64,000 bases of DNA from Longimicrobiales bacterium (GTDB taxonomy: Bacteria; Gemmatimonadota; Gemmatimonadetes; Longimicrobiales; Gaopeijiaceae): contig CBDBCF010000001.1 of NCBI GenBank assembly GCA_965202985.1, positions 352,001 to 416,000 of the forward strand, written 5' to 3'. Of the stretch, positions 59,494-64,000 are shown one piece after another (within the stretch, counting starts at the first letter, position 1; the number at the start of each line of letters is the position of its first letter). The position numbers were made by a program, and so were the translations under genes. Under the pieces are notes generated by a model. That model was not told the origin of the DNA, did no database searches, and saw only the letters and a program-made list of their open reading frames with translations.

Positions 59494-60667
59494 ATGAAGC
59501 GAGAAGGGACTGGCCGGTACGAGACGACGACGGCCGGGGGCGAGCGCATTCGAGCGTTCGTGCCAGCGCCGCTGCCGCCGAATCCCCCTCTGCGCCTGGA
59601 CGGGCCGCTCCATCGGCGGCTGGAATCGGCCGTGCTGGCGCTGGGCCGGCTGGACAGCGTCTCGATCCTCCTTCCCGACGACAACCTCTTCATCTATTCG
59701 TACATTCGCAAGGAGGCGGTGCTGTCCTCGCAGATCGAGGGAACGCAGTCGTCGTTGGCCGACCTGCTGTTCTTCGAGATGGAGGAGGCGCCCGGAGTTC
59801 CGCGCGACGACGCCCGGGAGGTGTCGAACTACGTTTGCCGCGCTCCGGCACGGCCTTCGCCGATTGCGGGAGGGCTTCCCCTTGTCCAACCGCTTGATCC
59901 GGGAAGTGCACGCCGTGCTGATGTCGGGGGGTCGCGGCACCCATGCGACCCCCGGCGAGTTTCGTCGCTCCCAGAACTGGATCGGGGGTTCCAGGCCCGG
60001 AAACGCCGTCTTCGTGCCGCCGCCCCACACGGCGGTGCAAAACTGCATGGCGGATTTGGAGCGCTTCCTTCACGACGCCGCCGACGGACTGCCGACCGTG
60101 GTCAAGGCCGGCATCGCCCACGTTCAGTTCGAGACGATTCACCCCTTCTTGGACGGCAACGGCCGGGTGGGACGCCTGCTCGTCTCCCTCCTGCTCGGCC
60201 ACGCCGGCGTGCTGCGCCAGCCGCTCCTCTACCTGAGCCTCTTCCTGAAGCGGCACCGTCAAGAGTACTACCGGCTGCTCGACCACGTACGACGGACGGG
60301 CGACTGGGAAGCTTGGCTCGGCTTCTTCCTGGAGGGGGTCGAAACGACGGCGCAAGGTGCGGTCTCGACGGCTCGGCAACTCGACCGAACGTTTCGGCGC
60401 GACTACGACCGCATCCGCGCGGACGCGGGACGAAGGGCCAGTTCCGTTCTGCGAGTGCACGAAGCCCTCAAGGCACGGGTCGTCGTGTCGCTCGGGATCG
60501 CCGCGAAAGCCACCGGCCTGACGTTCCCGACGGTCTCGCGGGCCATGGACCTGCTGGGCGACTACGGCATCGCCCGGGAGTTGACGGGGGCGGCGCGCAA
60601 CCGCGTGTACGCCTACGGAGAATACTTGGCGATCCTCAACAAGGGGGTGGACGAACCACCGGGGTAA
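59494..60667 (+). pseudogene. fic: Fic family protein (Fic_N + Fic + HTH), frameshifted at about 59835
   Basis: EAVLSSQIEGT in ORF1 and HPFLDGNGRVGR in ORF2; removing one T of TTT 59834-59836 gives EVSNYVAALRHGLRRLREGFPL. Confidence 0.88.
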
Positions 60668-60678
60668 CGCGGCTCGGC

Positions 60679-62244
60679 CTACGAGATCCCCACCCGCCCG
60701 CGCACGTCCTCCAGCATCTTGGGCGAGTCGTAGCCCACGCCGTCCTTGAAGACCAGCACGACGTTGCGGATCGCCGACGGGTCGGCGGTCAGGTCGCCGG
60801 TCATGACGATCAGGTCGGCGATCTTGCCGACCTCCACCGTGCCCAGGTCGTCGAGCACGTCCAGCACGCGGGCGCCGTTCGCGCTGACGACCTTCACGGC
60901 GTCGGCGGGCGAGAACCCGGCCTCGATCAGCAGCTCGTAGTTGCGCTGGTCGCCGTAGCCGGGCAGCGCGCCGCCGTTTCCGGTGGGGTCGACGCCCGCC
61001 GCCAGGACGCCGCCCGCGTCGTGGAACGCCTTCTCGTAGGCCATGGCGTTCTTGAGCCACTCGACGGGATAGCCGGTCTCGTCGATCTGCGCCTTGCTGG
61101 CCAGGTAGTCCTCTCGAACGGCGGGCGCCATGGCGTCCAAGGTGCGCTGATCCTGCACGGGGCGGCCCTGGAAGAAGAGCTCGTAGACGGCCAGCGTGGA
61201 GGTCATCGGCACGCCGGCGTCGATCATCGCCTTGAAGGTCTCGGCGACCTGGGGACTTGCAATGTCCACTTGGGTCGCGAACGCCAGCAGGTCCGACGGG
61301 CACTCGTCCTTGGCGCGGTCCGGCGAGTAGTCGCTGTTGGTGGGCAGGCCGTGCTCGATGTTGTCGATCCCCAGCGCCACCGCCTCCGTGAAGCTGATCG
61401 AGCACAGGTGGCCCGTCACCTTGATCCCCTGCTTGTGCGCTTCGTCTATTGCGGCACCCAGCTCCTCCGAGCGGATGTTGGTGTACGCCTTCAACCACGT
61501 GGCGCCCTCGGCGGCCCAGTAGCGCACGAAGCGCCGGGCCTGCTCGGGCGACTCCAGCATCGTCATCGTGGACACGCCGCCCCCGGCCGTGATGTAGGGG
61601 GCGGTGACGTGGATGCGCGGCCCCGGCACGCTTCCGCGCTCGATCTCGGCGCGCAGGTTGATCTCGGCGAAGGGCTGGCGGCTGCCCGTGGTGCGCACGG
61701 TCGTGACGCCGCTTCCCAGGTAGAGCCGGGGCGCGCTGTAGGTGAGCTGCGCGGCCCGACCCCCGGCGGCGGTGTAGTACAGGTGGTTGTGCAGCCCCAC
61801 CATCCCCGGAACGACCGTGTGGCCCGACAGGTCCATGACCTCGGCGCCGTCGGGGATTGCGACCTGCTCGGCCCCTCCGACGGCCGCGATCCGGTTTCCT
61901 TCGATCACGACCGTCTGGTTTTGCAGCATCGGCCCGCCGGTGCCGTCCAGCACGGCGACGCCCCGAAGCGCCACGGCCTCGGCGTCGACTGCCACGTAGG
62001 ACGCGGCCGGGGAGCCGGGGACCGGGCGCTGGGCGGATGCCGAACCGGGGGCAAGGGCAACGACAGGAGTCGTCGCAACCAAGACCGCGAGCAGGCAGGG
62101 AAGTGCCGGAGGCGGAACGGGGCGTCGTCGGCTGGCATGATCTGTCGTCGGTCGGGGCGCGCCAAGCGTGCGGGACGACCTGCCGAGACCTCCGGCACCG
62201 TCAAGCGCGTTCCCCATGTTCTTCGTCGTCGTGTGCGTCGTCAT
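60679..62244 (-). CDS. Secreted amidohydrolase family protein
   Basis: PGMVGLHNH, GVTTVR, GIDNIEHG, GTVEVGKIADL; GGAG RBS. Confidence 0.9.
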   Translation of the reverse strand: MTTHTTTKNMGNALDGAGGLGRSSRTLGAPRPTTDHASRRRPVPPPALPCLLAVLVATTPVVALAPGSASAQRPVPGSPAASYVAVDAEAVALRGVAVLDGTGGPMLQNQTVVIEGNRIAAVGGAEQVAIPDGAEVMDLSGHTVVPGMVGLHNHLYYTAAGGRAAQLTYSAPRLYLGSGVTTVRTTGSRQPFAEINLRAEIERGSVPGPRIHVTAPYITAGGGVSTMTMLESPEQARRFVRYWAAEGATWLKAYTNIRSEELGAAIDEAHKQGIKVTGHLCSISFTEAVALGIDNIEHGLPTNSDYSPDRAKDECPSDLLAFATQVDIASPQVAETFKAMIDAGVPMTSTLAVYELFFQGRPVQDQRTLDAMAPAVREDYLASKAQIDETGYPVEWLKNAMAYEKAFHDAGGVLAAGVDPTGNGGALPGYGDQRNYELLIEAGFSPADAVKVVSANGARVLDVLDDLGTVEVGKIADLIVMTGDLTADPSAIRNVVLVFKDGVGYDSPKMLEDVRGRVGIS

Positions 62245-62410
62245 CCGTTCTCCCTGGTGCTGTCGATTCGTCGGCTGTGTTGGCGACTCTCGGCGGCCGC
62301 GATCCCCGGTGCTCTCTCGTCGGACCGAGACCGGACGCCGCGCCAAGCGCATTATGGAGTCGGCGCTGCCGTCCCGCCAGCGGAACCCCGGCGGCGGCGT
62401 ATTCGGGAGG

Positions 62411-62511
62411 ACATGGATCAGACAAGACAACATGGCGAATTTATAGGAAAATGGTAAAATCAAGCAGACATGGCATAGTCTGGCAAACATGGCATAATCG
62501 AGAGATTTGGC
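62411..62511. repeat. ACATGG-core direct repeats at 19-bp period
   Basis: Copies start at 62411, 62430, 62449 (AAATGG), 62468, 62487; degenerate ATTTGGC at 62505. Confidence 0.75.
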
Positions 62512-62514
62512 GCC

Positions 62515-63405
62515 CTAGCTCGGACGGTGGAATCGGCCGACGAGCTTGGGGGCGCCGTCGGGTCCAAGCGCTTCCGCCACCTTGGACGACCCGGTTGAGC
62601 CGTCGGACGCCTCTCGACCGACCAGCCGCACGGGCTGGTTCGCGAAGATCGGGGCCGTGGCGCGGTACTCGAAGCTTTCGGCAGCCCCCCACCGGCGCTC
62701 GGCGGCGTCCAAGAGCGCAAGCACGGTCAGCGGCGCGTGGACGAGCAGGCCGGGATAGCCCTCCGCCTCCGCGTAGGGACGGTCGTAGTGGATGCGGTGG
62801 GCGTTGTAGGTGAGCGCGGAGAAACGGAACAGGGCGACTTCGGTCGGCAGGAAGGTCTCGGCCCAAGCTGGTCGCGCGCGGTTCTGGTCCGGAGTGGGCC
62901 GGTTCTGGTCGAACGCGCGCCGGCGTGGCGGCCGAACAGCCCCCTCCTCGGCGCTCCGCGCATCTGCACAAGGCTCCCGTGCCTCCCTATAGGCGATCAC
63001 CTGTTCTTCCTCCACGCACCGGCGACCCTCTTGGCGCAGTTCGCAGCGCACCTTCGCGAACGCCAAGCGACCACTCCGGCCGGTCTTCTCGACCACGCCG
63101 GCTACGCGCGACCGCAGCTCCGCAGGTTCGCCGACGATCACCGGGCGCATCGCGTGCAGCGAGCCGCTGGCCCACATGCGCCGGGGCAGATCGCCCGTCG
63201 GCATGAACGCGCCCCTGGCTTCGTGGCCGTCGGGTCCAAGGCTGGACGCCGGCAACGGGTCTCGGAAATAGAGCCAGTGCCAGCCCAGGGGCAGGGGGTC
63301 TCCGCGCGAGACGGCGTTCGGGTCTTGATCCAGCAGGCCGCGCATGGCGCGCACCGGCCAGGGGTCGATCACGTCCGCACAAACGCGGGCGGGCCGAGCG
63401 CTCAC
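62515..63405 (-). CDS. MaoC/HTD2-type acyl-CoA hydratase (mesaconyl/itaconyl-CoA hydratase-like)
   Basis: LPLGWHWLYF, GPDGH, PRRMWASG, LFRFSALTYNAHRIHYD, GLLVHAPL. Confidence 0.88.
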   Translation of the reverse strand: MSARPARVCADVIDPWPVRAMRGLLDQDPNAVSRGDPLPLGWHWLYFRDPLPASSLGPDGHEARGAFMPTGDLPRRMWASGSLHAMRPVIVGEPAELRSRVAGVVEKTGRSGRLAFAKVRCELRQEGRRCVEEEQVIAYREAREPCADARSAEEGAVRPPRRRAFDQNRPTPDQNRARPAWAETFLPTEVALFRFSALTYNAHRIHYDRPYAEAEGYPGLLVHAPLTVLALLDAAERRWGAAESFEYRATAPIFANQPVRLVGREASDGSTGSSKVAEALGPDGAPKLVGRFHRPS

Positions 63406-64000
63406 GAGGGGGCGGGGTCCGGTTCGACCCCTGCTTCGCCCAAGGCTTCGTCGGCTTCACCGGCGCTGGCCAGCACCCTGCGGGCCGCTTCCACGACGGG
63501 CCGGTCCACCATCTTGCCGTCGAGCGCCACGGGTCCACCGGCGGCCCTCCGATCCGCCTCCATCACCCGCCGAGCGGCGGCCACGGCGTCGTCGGAGGGG
63601 GCAAAGACGTCGTGGATCACAGAGAGTTGGGCGGGGTGGACCACCGTCTTGCCGCAGAAGCCCAGCCGCCGGGCCCGGACGGCCTCGTCCCGAAGGGCAG
63701 CCATGTCGCCGTGTATCTCGCGCGAGGGCATGTCGAAGGCTGGCACGCCCGCCAGGGCGGCGGCGTGGACGACCCGGGAGCGGGCGTAGAGCAGCGACTC
63801 CCAGCCGGGCTCCGCGCCCAGCTCCAGCGATAGGTCGAAGCCGCCGAAGACGAGGCCCGCCACGGCGGCGCCGCCGCTCGAACCGCCGACGGGGCCAAGG
63901 CAGGCGCCCGCGATCGCCGCCGCGTGCTCGAGGCCGCTCACCGTCTCGATCATGGGAAGCAGGGCGACGCCGTCGGAAAGCATTGACGCTGCCTCTCGCA
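63402..64000 (-). CDS. CitE/HpcH-family CoA ester lyase (5' truncated by the window)
   Basis: LPMIET, FGGFDLS, GFCGKTVVHP, DGKMVDRP; frame open to the window end. Confidence 0.88.
   Translation of the reverse strand, partial: REAASMLSDGVALLPMIETVSGLEHAAAIAGACLGPVGGSSGGAAVAGLVFGGFDLSLELGAEPGWESLLYARSRVVHAAALAGVPAFDMPSREIHGDMAALRDEAVRARRLGFCGKTVVHPAQLSVIHDVFAPSDDAVAAARRVMEADRRAAGGPVALDGKMVDRPVVEAARRVLASAGEADEALGEAGVEPDPAPS

Overview
High-GC bacterial window. Gene content (SusC-like TonB receptor, GldA/F/G-type ABC module, Sel1 lipoprotein, giant cadherin autotransporter) suggests a Gemmatimonadota-like, possibly sponge-associated organism; this taxonomy is inference only. 1-23.9 kb is a defence island. 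It holds an SF1 helicase split by an ISL3 (8-bp TSD) and a divergent, complete BREX locus (brxA-brxB-brxC-pglX-pglZ-brxL) that carries nested cargo: an unknown ORF plus a DUF433/PIN toxin-antitoxin pair, and two tandem Schlafen/AlbA_2-HATPase genes. pglX is frameshifted at a G11 tract. A highly ordered ~590-bp non-coding array of alternating inverted 9-mers with near-fixed 15/18-bp spacers sits directly before pglZ. 24-39 kb is mostly core genes (Sel1, GMC oxidoreductase pair, Gld-type ABC, TonB receptor, methyltransferase, rpsN, exonuclease, rex, ahcY). 39-48.5 kb is a nurA-herA-sbcD-sbcC cluster with a gene remnant and repeat cluster inside it, preceded by a frameshifted AAA ATPase. 48.7-59.2 kb encodes a 3457-aa adhesin (17 Ig-like repeats, 5 cadherin repeats, beta-barrel) with a long poly-C tract that could act as a phase switch. 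The end holds a frameshifted fic, an amidohydrolase, a 19-bp-period repeat array, a MaoC-type hydratase and a partial CitE-like lyase. Several 1-nt frameshifts could be assembly errors. All family assignments are from motif recognition by eye, not database searches.
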